A DNA stretch of 64,000 nucleotides, taken from positions 384,001 through 448,000 of the forward strand of contig CBDBKE010000004.1 of assembly GCA_965206645.1 (NCBI GenBank). The letters run 5' to 3'. This document shows positions 10,700 to 19,636 of the stretch, one piece after another. This stretch comes from Terriglobia bacterium. Its GTDB lineage: Bacteria; Acidobacteriota; Terriglobia; JAJPHL01; JAPKYU01. Position 1 is the stretch's first letter; every line of letters starts with the position of its first letter. Position numbers and translations under genes: made by a program. The notes below the pieces were generated by a model. That model saw nothing but the letters and a program-made list of their open reading frames with translations, was not told the origin of the DNA and did no database searches.

Positions 10700-12991
10700 T
10701 TACGTGCGCACTTTCAACAGCAGGTAGACCCCCGCAAGGCCAAACAGCACATCGGGCAACCAGGCGGCTAAAGCGGGAGGCAGCTCATTGATGTTGCCTA
10801 GCTTTTCAAACAGCCCCGCCACGGTCCAGTAGAGCATGGCGATCCCGATGCTCACCGCCACACCAGCCATTGCGCCGCGGTGCCCGACGGTGAACGCGAA
10901 CGGGACGGCAATCACGGCCATAATCAGGGCAAACAGGGGGAAGGAAAACTTCTTGTGGAGCTGGACGGAGAGCTTGACCACGTCAAAGCCGCTCTGGTGC
11001 AGATCGTCGATGTAGCGGTTCAGTTCCCTGTAGTTCATCTCGATCGACTGCTTCACCTCTTTCTTGAAGTATTCTGGCCTTTCTTGCACATGTGGAAAGA
11101 CTTGTACGTCAAATCTCCGGAAGCTAGTCACCTCCATCTCGTCGGTTTCCCGCACCCAGCCGTTCTCAAACACCCAGTTGTCCAGCCGGGGCTCCCAGTG
11201 GGCGCGCTCAGCCCAAATCCGTCGCCGCAGTTGAAAGCTCGCCGGGTCCAGCTCAAAGATGCTGACTCCTCCCATCACGTTCTGCTCCGGCTCAAAAAAG
11301 TTGTAGTAAAAGATGCGCGACTCCTGGCCGAAGATCCATTTGCGGTCCGGACGGAAATAGGTTTGCGGGGGCCGCCCTTTAATGCGGCTGCGCAGGGCTT
11401 CCTGCTTTTTGTTGGCCGAGGGCAGATAGAAGTGATCGAAGGCAAACAGAGCGACGCTGAGCACGGCTGCCGCCAGCAACACGGACAGGCTCGCCCGGTA
11501 CAGGCTGACACCGCAGGCCTTCATCGCGGTGAATTCGTTTCGTTTGGTGAGAAGGCCGAAGGTCACCAGGACCGCCACTAACACGCTGATCGGCGCAATC
11601 ACGTAGATGAGCTGGGGGGCCAGGTAAAGAAAGTACGAGGCGATGGTGCTCCACGGAGCGCGGTTCTGATAGATGTCATTCAACAGGTCGAAGAAGGTGA
11701 CGGCTTCGGCCAGAAAAAGGAACCCGGCGAGCAAGACCAGGAAGTAAAACAGGAACGTGCGGATCAGGTAGCCATCCAGCACCAGGGGGAAGTTCGGGTG
11801 GAGCCAGCGCCGGGGCAGGGAAGTGAAGCCGGCGGAGTGGCGGCGCAGCCAGCCTGCCTGAGGAAATTCAAAACGCCCGCGAATCCGATGGAACGCACCG
11901 CCCAGCACCCCGCTCCGATCGACTCGCACCAGGAGCAGGCATCCAAGCAGGAAGAAGAAAGTGTTGGCTAGCCAGAGCGCGGGTCCCGGGCCCAGCCGTC
12001 CTTGGCGCGCCATACTGATCCCGGCGACCAACAACAGGTAGTAGCAAAACACCAGCAGAAGCGTCAGGATCACACCCGTGGATTTGCCGCCGCGCCGAGA
12101 GGAAAGGCCCAGGGGAATTCCCACAAGGGCCAGCACCAGACAGGCGGCCGGCAGAGCCAGCCTCCGGTGCAATTCGATGCGAGCCAGAAGGCCGTCGGGA
12201 TCGCCGGGGGGTCGCGCCAGCAGTTCACTGGTGTAATGCCCAGTAAAACGCCTGGCCTGCATCTCGGCGGGCCGTTCCAGCGTCACCGGGATGTCGCTCT
12301 GCAGGAAGTGGGAAATCAAGTATTCTTCCGGCTCCGGCCGGACCTCGTGACGGCTTCCGTTGACTAGGTGGAGCTGCAGCTTATTTCCGCCCGAGTCAGG
12401 CAGGACCCGACCCCGCTCGGCAAACGTCACCGTGGGGCCGTTTTTTGAAGCCAGGTCCGCTAAGAACACGCCCCGCCAATCGCTTCCGTCCCCACGCACA
12501 TCGTTGACGTAGAGGACCAGGTTGGGAAAGCTTTCCTCGAAGACCCGTGGCTGGATGTTGGCCGGCACCTGAGAGGCGGCCAGCGCGTTCTGGATCCGCA
12601 CCAATTCTCGCACTGCCCGCGGCGCCAGGTAGATTGAGGTGAAGGAGCTCAGCGCGGCCCCGACCAACGCGAAGGCGGCTACCGGAACCACGAAACGTGC
12701 CACACTCAAGCCAGCAGCGCGGACGGCCGTCACCTCGCTGTCGCTAGCCATCCGGCTCAATCCGATGAGAATACCGACTAGAACCGCCATGGGGATAGTC
12801 AACGCAAGCGTAGGCGGCAAGGTCAGCAGGAACAGCCAGATGACCGTCCCAAAGGAGGCCGACCGTCGGACCAGCAGCTCCAACAGCCGCCCCACGTCCC
12901 GGGCAAACAGTACGAAGGTGAACAGCGCCAGCCCTAGTAGGGCGTGCGTCAGAATTTCCTTGAGGATGTAACGATTTAGGATCCTCATCAA
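10700..12991 (-). CDS. lptF/lptG: fused LPS export ABC permease LptF-LptG
   Basis: Two tandem YjgP/YjgQ units (RILNRYILKE...SEVTAVRAAGLS; LDGYLIRTF...NEFTAMKACGVS). Confidence 0.92.
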   Translation of the reverse strand: MMRILNRYILKEILTHALLGLALFTFVLFARDVGRLLELLVRRSASFGTVIWLFLLTLPPTLALTIPMAVLVGILIGLSRMASDSEVTAVRAAGLSVARFVVPVAAFALVGAALSSFTSIYLAPRAVRELVRIQNALAASQVPANIQPRVFEESFPNLVLYVNDVRGDGSDWRGVFLADLASKNGPTVTFAERGRVLPDSGGNKLQLHLVNGSRHEVRPEPEEYLISHFLQSDIPVTLERPAEMQARRFTGHYTSELLARPPGDPDGLLARIELHRRLALPAACLVLALVGIPLGLSSRRGGKSTGVILTLLLVFCYYLLLVAGISMARQGRLGPGPALWLANTFFFLLGCLLLVRVDRSGVLGGAFHRIRGRFEFPQAGWLRRHSAGFTSLPRRWLHPNFPLVLDGYLIRTFLFYFLVLLAGFLFLAEAVTFFDLLNDIYQNRAPWSTIASYFLYLAPQLIYVIAPISVLVAVLVTFGLLTKRNEFTAMKACGVSLYRASLSVLLAAAVLSVALFAFDHFYLPSANKKQEALRSRIKGRPPQTYFRPDRKWIFGQESRIFYYNFFEPEQNVMGGVSIFELDPASFQLRRRIWAERAHWEPRLDNWVFENGWVRETDEMEVTSFRRFDVQVFPHVQERPEYFKKEVKQSIEMNYRELNRYIDDLHQSGFDVVKLSVQLHKKFSFPLFALIMAVIAVPFAFTVGHRGAMAGVAVSIGIAMLYWTVAGLFEKLGNINELPPALAAWLPDVLFGLAGVYLLLKVRT

Positions 12992-13286
12992 TTCGACCGG
13001 ATAATTCCCTAAAGCTGTCTTATACCCTGATTTTTCCTAACCAGGAAGGGCTTCTCAGTCCAAAACAGGAAAGACTGGGGAAGGCGAAACGATCAACTGA
13101 TTTATTGTCAATGACTTCCTTGGATTGTTTCAAGAAAAGCCACCGGCCTCTTGGGAAAGACCTGCGGGCTTGTGAGGAAGGACCTGAACGTTTCTTAACA
13201 TACTCCAGCTGGACCAGCATAAAGGTGGCCGGAGTCGCACGTGTAGGCGGTGCGTGTGGAGACTAGCAGTATGAAATGGCTGCTCT

Positions 13287-14435
13287 TTAGGAGGCGCGTT
13301 TCAGGCGGGCTGGCTGCTCCTTAACCGCAGCTGAGGCAGTAGCCTGGTTGCGCGGGAGCACATCGTCCTTGCTCAGGCCAGCCATGGCGTGGACTGGCAG
13401 GCCTTCGGCTTCCTTGGAAAACGTCAGGCGCTCCCCGGAGGCATCGAAGTCCACCCGCACCAAGTCGCCGATGCGCACCTGCTCGGTGGCAATCAAGTTC
13501 GACAGCGGATAGACAAGCTGCCGCTCCAAGATGCGCTTCAGGTGCCGAGCGCCGGATTTGGGATCGGTGCCTTCGCGCAACAGGTAGTGCTTCGCGGGCC
13601 CCGTGCACTCATAGATAAAGGGTGGGCCCTGGACCGACCCCAGGATGCGCTCCTGGATAAAGCCCAGCTCCAGATCCAGGATTTCTCCCAACTGCTCTTC
13701 GCCGAGCGGCTTGAACACCACCACCTTATCGATCCGGTTTATGAACTCGGGAGCGAATTTCTTGCGGGCTGCGTCCAACCCGGCACCGGAAATTTTTGCC
13801 CAGAGCTTGCCGCTATCGTCCACCGGCCTGCTCACAAAGCCAATGCGGGGTGAGACAATGGCCGACATTTCGGCAGACCCGAGATTGCTGGTCATGAAAA
13901 TCAGAGCGCGGGAAAAGTCCACCCGCCGATTGTCTCCCAGCGTCAGGGTGGCTTTGTCCAAGATGCCCAGCAGCAAGTTCCACAGCGCGTCGGACGCCTT
14001 CTCGATTTCGTCGAAGAGCACGAAACTCAGGCCGCACTGCTCGGTGTGGTGCTGGTTGAGAACTTCCTGACTCAGCAGCGGATGCGTCTCCCGATGACCC
14101 AGATACCCGGGCGGCGACCCAATCAACTTGGCAATTTCATGGCTGTGCTGGAACTCGGCACAATCAATCTTGATGACCGCGCGCGGGTCGTCCAACAGGG
14201 ACTCCGCGGTTGCCTCCACCATCCGGGTCTTGCCGGTGCCGGTGGGCCCAAGGAACAGGAAATTACCGACTGGCCGGCCGGGCGTATTCATACCTGCCAG
14301 GTAGGTCTGGTAAACCTTTACCACCTGCTCAATGGCCTCTTCCTGGCCCACGATGAGCTTGCGAAGGCTTTGGTCGAACCCTTCCGCCTTCCTGCCCACC
14401 AGGTTGGCGTCCAGAACCTTACGCGTGCGAGTCAT
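13287..14435 (-). CDS. stand-alone ClpA/ClpB D2-type AAA+ ATPase
   Basis: FLFLGPTGTGKT, KLIGSPPGYLG, VLFDEIEKA, FAPEFINRID and GARHLKR; no N-domain or D1; AAGGAG upstream of ATG 14435. Confidence 0.9.
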   Translation of the reverse strand: MTRTRKVLDANLVGRKAEGFDQSLRKLIVGQEEAIEQVVKVYQTYLAGMNTPGRPVGNFLFLGPTGTGKTRMVEATAESLLDDPRAVIKIDCAEFQHSHEIAKLIGSPPGYLGHRETHPLLSQEVLNQHHTEQCGLSFVLFDEIEKASDALWNLLLGILDKATLTLGDNRRVDFSRALIFMTSNLGSAEMSAIVSPRIGFVSRPVDDSGKLWAKISGAGLDAARKKFAPEFINRIDKVVVFKPLGEEQLGEILDLELGFIQERILGSVQGPPFIYECTGPAKHYLLREGTDPKSGARHLKRILERQLVYPLSNLIATEQVRIGDLVRVDFDASGERLTFSKEAEGLPVHAMAGLSKDDVLPRNQATASAAVKEQPARLKRAS

Positions 14436-14458
14436 GATGTTCACTCCTTCAGGGTCCT

Positions 14459-14474
14459 AGCAACTTGGATGCCA
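14459..14474 (-). promoter_or_regulatory. putative sigma-54 (-24/-12) promoter of the AAA+ gene
   Basis: Minus strand reads TGGCAT-CCAAG-TTGCT, matching TGGCAC-N5-TTGCW with exact spacing, just upstream of the RBS. Confidence 0.65.
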
Positions 14475-14606
14475 AAGGCACCCTGCCGGATTCGCTTACA
14501 TTTTATAGACGCACGAGGATGGCTCCTGGGTTCCGCGCTACAGGAAACGGGAGATTTCCACCCGAAAGTTGCTTTTGTAGCAGACCGACTTGTTCTTACG
14601 AGAGAG

Positions 14607-15326
14607 TCACTTCCGCGGGGGCATCAGTGGCCGCATATCTACGCTGCTAGCCAGTGCCTGGGGCGGCAAGCGCAGTAGATGCAACACAGTCTGGGCAATG
14701 TCCTCGGCGCGTAGCTTCCAGTCCTTGTGAGCCCTTCGCGAAGTGGAGCTGCTGAAATCCGTGGAGACGCTGCCGGGAAGGACACAACTCACACGGATGT
14801 TGTCGTAGCGGACATCGAGCATGAGGGCTTCGCTGAAGCCAATAAGTCCAAACTTCGAGGCATTGTAAGCGGCACCGCCTGCGAAAACATTCTTGCCCGC
14901 TAGGCTGCCGATATTGATGATGTAGCCGCCTCCGCGCCGTTTCATTAAGGGAATGGCCAGACGGCTGCAATAGAAGACTCCGGAAAGGTTGGTGTCGATG
15001 ACTGTGCGCCAGTGTTCGAGTGGCAGCTCAGCGACACTGCCGAAGAAACCGACCCCGGCGTTGTTCACCAACACGTCCAGGCCATTGAAGCGTTGCTCGA
15101 CCGCGCCAAACAGAGCTGCCACCTGCTCCTGCTGTCCTACATCGCAAGGGACAGTGACGGCCCGAGGCCCCAGCAGGGAGCCACTCCGCTCCAGGTTGGG
15201 GCGGTCTCGGCCGCAGATAGCCGTTTCAGCCCCTTCGTTCACCAGCGCCTGGGCAATCGCTAGCCCGATACCGCGTGAGCCGCCCGTTACCAGCGACGTC
15301 TTTCCGTCCAGAAAGCCCATCATCAA
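14607..15326 (-). CDS. SDR family oxidoreductase
   Basis: TGGSRGIG, NNAG and YNASK motifs. Confidence 0.93.
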   Translation of the reverse strand: MMMGFLDGKTSLVTGGSRGIGLAIAQALVNEGAETAICGRDRPNLERSGSLLGPRAVTVPCDVGQQEQVAALFGAVEQRFNGLDVLVNNAGVGFFGSVAELPLEHWRTVIDTNLSGVFYCSRLAIPLMKRRGGGYIINIGSLAGKNVFAGGAAYNASKFGLIGFSEALMLDVRYDNIRVSCVLPGSVSTDFSSSTSRRAHKDWKLRAEDIAQTVLHLLRLPPQALASSVDMRPLMPPRK

Positions 15327-15371
15327 CCTCCGAGTTTTTGTGTGGCTACAACCGAAGAATACTAAGTCAGT

Positions 15372-16064
15372 TTAAGCCAGGCGAGGCCCCAGAAAGCGAA
15401 ACTCAATCTCTGGCTGGAAAAATGCCGCCACCGGCGTTTTCAGCTCTTCATGCGTCAGCACCCCGAGCGCGACCCATTCGTCTAGTTGAACACGCTCCAG
15501 GATCAGGTCGTCGGGGTCCATGAGCGCGTGTGCCACGGGCAGTTCCGCGTGCCGGCCGGAACGTAGAGGCAGGAAGCCTCGCAGCACCTGGGTGACAGCC
15601 AGGATCACTCGGGCTCGGTCGCCGAGGCGGGGGAAGTACCGGCGACGTTCCGAGCTCCGATGCGCAGCGATCTCGCACACACGGCCAGAGACTTCGGCGT
15701 GGACGAACACGTCGTCACCCCGGAATCGCCAAGAGAATTGGTGCGCTCGAGCCGCCACGGGAGTCACCGCCCGCATTGCTACCGACCAGCTGCTTAGGCC
15801 CATGCGCAGAAAGTACACCCCGGCGGTCCCGCGCCGCTGGACATAGACCCGATAGTTCACTTGGTGGAACCGGAGGACCGGGAAGGGGAACCTGGCGGGG
15901 CGCAACGGATCATAGGAAAAGACAAGAGTGGCCACCAGGGCGTGATCACCCTCCTCGCCAACCCGCTCCAGTTCGTAACCGGCTGGCACCAGCGACTGAA
16001 TGCGCTCACGCGGCACTAGGTACGCCAGCACCAGTAGGTTACGCAGCCGAGCGAGAAACTCCAT
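15372..16064 (-). CDS. DUF2071/YqjF-like protein
   Basis: LAYLVP...LVPAGYEL...FHQVNYRVYV...GVYFL pattern. Confidence 0.65.
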   Translation of the reverse strand: MEFLARLRNLLVLAYLVPRERIQSLVPAGYELERVGEEGDHALVATLVFSYDPLRPARFPFPVLRFHQVNYRVYVQRRGTAGVYFLRMGLSSWSVAMRAVTPVAARAHQFSWRFRGDDVFVHAEVSGRVCEIAAHRSSERRRYFPRLGDRARVILAVTQVLRGFLPLRSGRHAELPVAHALMDPDDLILERVQLDEWVALGVLTHEELKTPVAAFFQPEIEFRFLGPRLA

Positions 16065-16158
16065 CGGGAGTCAGTCCCGGATTTGCCGATCCAGGCTAAG
16101 CGGGGTAACCCATTGGGAATCAAGACGTTGGCTCATGTGCCGTAATCCGAAAAGCAGG

Positions 16159-16186
16159 AGTTGACATAATATCTCTTATCAGACGA
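16159..16186 (-). other. dif: putative dif site (XerC/XerD chromosome dimer resolution)
   Basis: Minus strand TCGTCTGATAA-GAGATA-TTATGTCAACT has 11-6-11 architecture; the right arm differs at 2 positions from the E. coli XerD arm TTATGTTAAAT; intergenic. Confidence 0.75.
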
Positions 16187-16366
16187 AAGTGCAGCGGCTC
16201 CCGTAACCCCCGCAATTGCGGCAAGCCCCTGCCTTCACAATAGTTCGTGCACTCTCCTCTCACAGTATCGGCCCGTTCGCGGCGGAATGGCGTGTAGGCG
16301 CGGCTGCGGCTGGCGCCTGCGGGGTGGGCGCAGGCGGGAGCGCCTACGCCGTGCTACCATGAAGGA

Positions 16367-16768
16367 TTGGCAAGTACAATGCCCGGCACGAAGCCCAACA
16401 CCAATGCAGCCATCGTGGACATTTCCAAGAGCAGCGGCGTCGCGATCACATGGCAGGACGGTCATCACAGTGAATATGGGCTGCAATACCTTCGGGACCA
16501 CTGTCCTTGCGCCATGTGCGGGAAGGTAGAAAAGGTTCCCCTTGCGGCGGAACCCTCCAACCCGCTCCCCATGTTCAAGCCGCGGGCCCGCATCCTGGAC
16601 GTGGAACCTGTCGGCCGCTATGCCATGCGTTTCTTTTGGAGCGACGGGCATAGCACCGGCATCTATTCCTACGAGCACCTGCGCCAGATCTGTCCCTGCG
16701 CAGAGTGCAGCCCGGCTAGCCAGCCGTCAACTCCCAGCCGGCCGTCAGCTCAATCACTCGATAAGTGA
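16367..16768 (+). CDS. DUF971 / GBBH N-terminal-like metal-binding protein
   Basis: ITWQDGH, LRDHCPCAMC, VGRYA and WSDGHSTGIYSYEHLR. Confidence 0.9.
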   Translation: MASTMPGTKPNTNAAIVDISKSSGVAITWQDGHHSEYGLQYLRDHCPCAMCGKVEKVPLAAEPSNPLPMFKPRARILDVEPVGRYAMRFFWSDGHSTGIYSYEHLRQICPCAECSPASQPSTPSRPSAQSLDK

Positions 16769-17724
16769 AGCCGGCAGTAGGCGACGGCAATTTCTGCCGC
16801 CACGCGGGCGTTATCTTCCAGCAGCGCCAGGTTGGCAGCCAGCGCTTCCCCGCCCGTCAGCCGGGCCGTCTCGGCCAGCAGAAACGGCGTCACCTCTGGC
16901 CCGCGCACCTGCGCGGCCCGAGCTCGGTTTATAGCTACCTCAGTAGCTTGCTCCACCGTGGATCTTTCCAGAGCAGCCCTGGCCGGCGGTGGATTAGCGA
17001 TCAGAACCGAGCCGGTATAACCCAGGGCGCGGCTGGCGGCTACGGCGTGCGCCGCCGCCTTGGGCGTATCCACTCGGTGTGCCAGGCACAGGCCGGATTC
17101 ACGCGCCAGGAACGCGGGAAACTCATCGGTGCCGTAGCCCAGAACCGGAACGCCGAGAGTCTCCAAAGATTCCAGAGTTCGGGGCAAATCCAGAAAGCCT
17201 TTGACGCCGGAGCAAACCACAGTCACGGGGGATCGGGCCAGTTGCGGCAGGTCGGAAGAAACGTCGCCATCTCCGGCCCGCGCACTTGCGCGGCCCGCGT
17301 GCCGTTTCCCTGCCCCAGCTCCTCGGTGCACGCCGCCAATGCCACCTGTGGCCAGAAATCCGATTCCAGCCATGCCGGCCACGGCAAGCGTGGCGCTGAC
17401 CGTGGTGCCACCGGAAAGCCCGCGCGCCGCCGCCACTCCCAAGTCGCGGACAGCGCATTTCATTGGCGCGCTCCCGGGCAGTGCCAGGCGCTCCTGCTGT
17501 TCTCCGTCGAGTCCGACCCGCACGCAGCCATCCAGCAAAGCGACGATAGCTGGGATGGCGCCGGCCTGGCGCACGGCGTGCTCACAGGCCGTCGCTGCCT
17601 CCAGATTTTGCGGATGCGGCAAACCATGGGTGAGCACTGCTGTTTCCAACGCTACCACCGGGCTACCGCTGTCCAGGGCGGCGCGAACTTCCTCGCTAAT
17701 CAGAAGAGTGGTTCTATTCTGCAC
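16750..17724 (-). CDS. psuG: pseudouridine-5'-phosphate glycosidase (start approximate)
   Basis: PVVALET..THGLPHPQN, GGTTVSAT, ATGGIGGVHRG, DVSSDL and VTPFLL. Confidence 0.92.
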   Translation of the reverse strand: MQNRTTLLISEEVRAALDSGSPVVALETAVLTHGLPHPQNLEAATACEHAVRQAGAIPAIVALLDGCVRVGLDGEQQERLALPGSAPMKCAVRDLGVAAARGLSGGTTVSATLAVAGMAGIGFLATGGIGGVHRGAGAGKRHAGRASARAGDGDVSSDLPQLARSPVTVVCSGVKGFLDLPRTLESLETLGVPVLGYGTDEFPAFLARESGLCLAHRVDTPKAAAHAVAASRALGYTGSVLIANPPPARAALERSTVEQATEVAINRARAAQVRGPEVTPFLLAETARLTGGEALAANLALLEDNARVAAEIAVAYCRLHLSSD

Positions 17725-17752
17725 TCCCGCTGCTGTCTTTTGCCTGCCGGAG

Positions 17753-17801
17753 ATAGCGGCGGCTTTCAGGCCGCCATGGCAGGCTAGAAGCCTATCGCTA
17801 C
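17753..17801. repeat. degenerate REP doublet
   Basis: ATAGCGGCGGCTTTCAGGCCGCC-AT-GGCAGGCTAGAAGCCTATCGCTAC, related to the 4807 copy. Confidence 0.6.
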
Positions 17802-19150
17802 GGCTTGATCCCGACCACCGCGTAATCCTGGCAGCCGAAGTAGGTCTGATTGAAGCGCCGTGCCTCCTGGTTCCAGCGCTCCACGTCGTCGGTGCCCGTC
17901 TTTGGTGCCAGTAGTGGTAATTGGGGCAGCTGGGGCGCCACCGGGGAGACGTAGTGCGTACGCAGTTCACGAAAGCCGGCCTCCCCCATCCAGAATCGCA
18001 ACTGCGCCGCCGGCACGGGACGCACATGTGTCGGATCCACAAAGAAGCTCTGACTATAAATGGCCAGGCACTCCGGGTTCTGCGTTTCCAGCAGCAAGGC
18101 GCCTCCCGAACGGAGCTTGCGATAAGACAACTCGACCAAGCGCACGTAGGCGGCCGTGGGCAAATGCTCGATAAATTGCGCTGAGAAGATTCCGCCAAGC
18201 GAACCGTCGGGGATAGCTTCGAGGAAGGCGAAGGCGTCCCCGCAGGCAACCTCCAGGCCCTGCTCCCGGCAGCGGGCCGCCATGTCCGCGTCCCGGTCTA
18301 CGCCCCGCCCCACGATGCCGTTGTCGAGCAGCAATTTGAGAAACTCGCCCCGGCCGCAGGCCAGGTCCAGCACCGGACCTCGCTGTTGGAAGAATTCCAC
18401 GTAGGGGCTCTGGCGCTCGCGGACTTCCTGTTCCGGGCCACGGAAACGCCCTTCGAAATAAGGATAGTCAAAAGCGGGTACGGCAGCGGTCCCAAGGCCG
18501 CCGCTGGAAGCACCGGCGGCCGCTTCAACGCCGGTGAGGCTGCGCAGCCGCTGGCGGACCAGGCGCACTTCCCCGCGCACTTCCTCTTCCAACCGCCGGG
18601 TAGATTCGGCGTGAAGTTTCAGATGTTCGTCGCGATGGCGGGCAAGGTCATCCCAGATGCGCTGCTGGAGAGAATTCAGCGCGTCATTCAGTCGGGTCAC
18701 GTTCGCCATGATGCGGCCATCCAGCGACCTGTGCTGCGCCGCAACGGTTTCGCGCAGATGCTCTAATTCGGCCAGTGTCTCGCGCCGGGCACGATCCGCG
18801 GCTTCGGCCACCTGGGCCAGCACTAGCAGGTTGCGATTCTGCTCGGCGAACAACTGCCGCGTTTCCTCCATTGTCTCCAGCACAGCGCGGTTGAATTCGC
18901 GCTGCGGATACACAAACCAGCGCAACGAGCGCGCCACGAGGCGCTTCAACGCCTGCAGCAGCTTGTTGTGCAGGCCGGGTGGCCGTGGGTTCACCGTACC
19001 CACCTGGGAGGCCCAATTCGCGGCCGCCTGGTGCCTCGCTTCCAGCGCCTCCAGCGAGGGCAAGCGAAAGTCCGGCACTTCCGGCACGCGCCCTTCTACT
19101 CGCTGCTGGATCCGCTCGCGTAGCGCAGACAATGTCTCCACCAGGTTCAC
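17798..19150 (-). CDS. coiled-coil + class I SAM methyltransferase (putative glycan chain-capping enzyme)
   Basis: Long heptad-like N-terminal half; FEGRFRG, VLDLACGRGEFL and FFVDPTHVRP; lies downstream of wzm/wzt. Confidence 0.85.
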   Translation of the reverse strand: MNLVETLSALRERIQQRVEGRVPEVPDFRLPSLEALEARHQAAANWASQVGTVNPRPPGLHNKLLQALKRLVARSLRWFVYPQREFNRAVLETMEETRQLFAEQNRNLLVLAQVAEAADRARRETLAELEHLRETVAAQHRSLDGRIMANVTRLNDALNSLQQRIWDDLARHRDEHLKLHAESTRRLEEEVRGEVRLVRQRLRSLTGVEAAAGASSGGLGTAAVPAFDYPYFEGRFRGPEQEVRERQSPYVEFFQQRGPVLDLACGRGEFLKLLLDNGIVGRGVDRDADMAARCREQGLEVACGDAFAFLEAIPDGSLGGIFSAQFIEHLPTAAYVRLVELSYRKLRSGGALLLETQNPECLAIYSQSFFVDPTHVRPVPAAQLRFWMGEAGFRELRTHYVSPVAPQLPQLPLLAPKTGTDDVERWNQEARRFNQTYFGCQDYAVVGIKP

Positions 19151-19626
19151 GAAAGTTTGCCCTCTGCTTCCCTGCCCTCCTGGTTCCCCAGGAATTCTAC
19201 CTCCACTACATAACGTGGTTTTTTAGCTATGAGAAATTGTGCGTGCGAGTTGCACACCTGGCAATCATCCTGAAAAACGATCGGCAGATAGGCAAACGAA
19301 GGCCCGTGACTACCATCGAGTGTGTCCATTATCCCACCAATGTAGTCGTTAAGGCTCTTTTCGAGGTTCCGCGCAAAAACTGTTATTTTGATGCCGACCG
19401 GACCTTCGGTCCACTTGCGGCCACGCATTGCTCTGATCGCAGCTCTTCGGAGTTTCATGAACCGGCTATGATATTGGTGATTCGGGTTCCGAATGGAAGC
19501 CCTGATTTCCTTGTAGGGAGGCAGCCCTGACACACGAATGACACTTCGTTCTCCGGCCTCGGGTTCCGGCTTTGTCGGTAGATACCCGGGGTCAGGAAAC
19601 GGCGAAACATCTCTCGTCTTGGGCAA
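19147..19626 (-). CDS. RusA-like hypothetical protein
   Basis: GPVGIKITVF...LNDYIGGIMDTL...IVFQDDCQV resembles the RusA core (DxDNxxK.lD.L...DDxqV). Confidence 0.55.
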   Translation of the reverse strand: MPKTRDVSPFPDPGYLPTKPEPEAGERSVIRVSGLPPYKEIRASIRNPNHQYHSRFMKLRRAAIRAMRGRKWTEGPVGIKITVFARNLEKSLNDYIGGIMDTLDGSHGPSFAYLPIVFQDDCQVCNSHAQFLIAKKPRYVVEVEFLGNQEGREAEGKLS

Positions 19627-19636
19627 TAGAGGCTAC

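Noticed and set aside
10700-12991. LptF-LptG fusion as a novelty
   Set aside because: As far as I recall, such fusions are common in Acidobacteriota
16161-16170. TTGACATAAT as a sigma-70 promoter
   Set aside because: The -35-like and -10-like hexamers overlap with no spacer; better explained as the XerD arm
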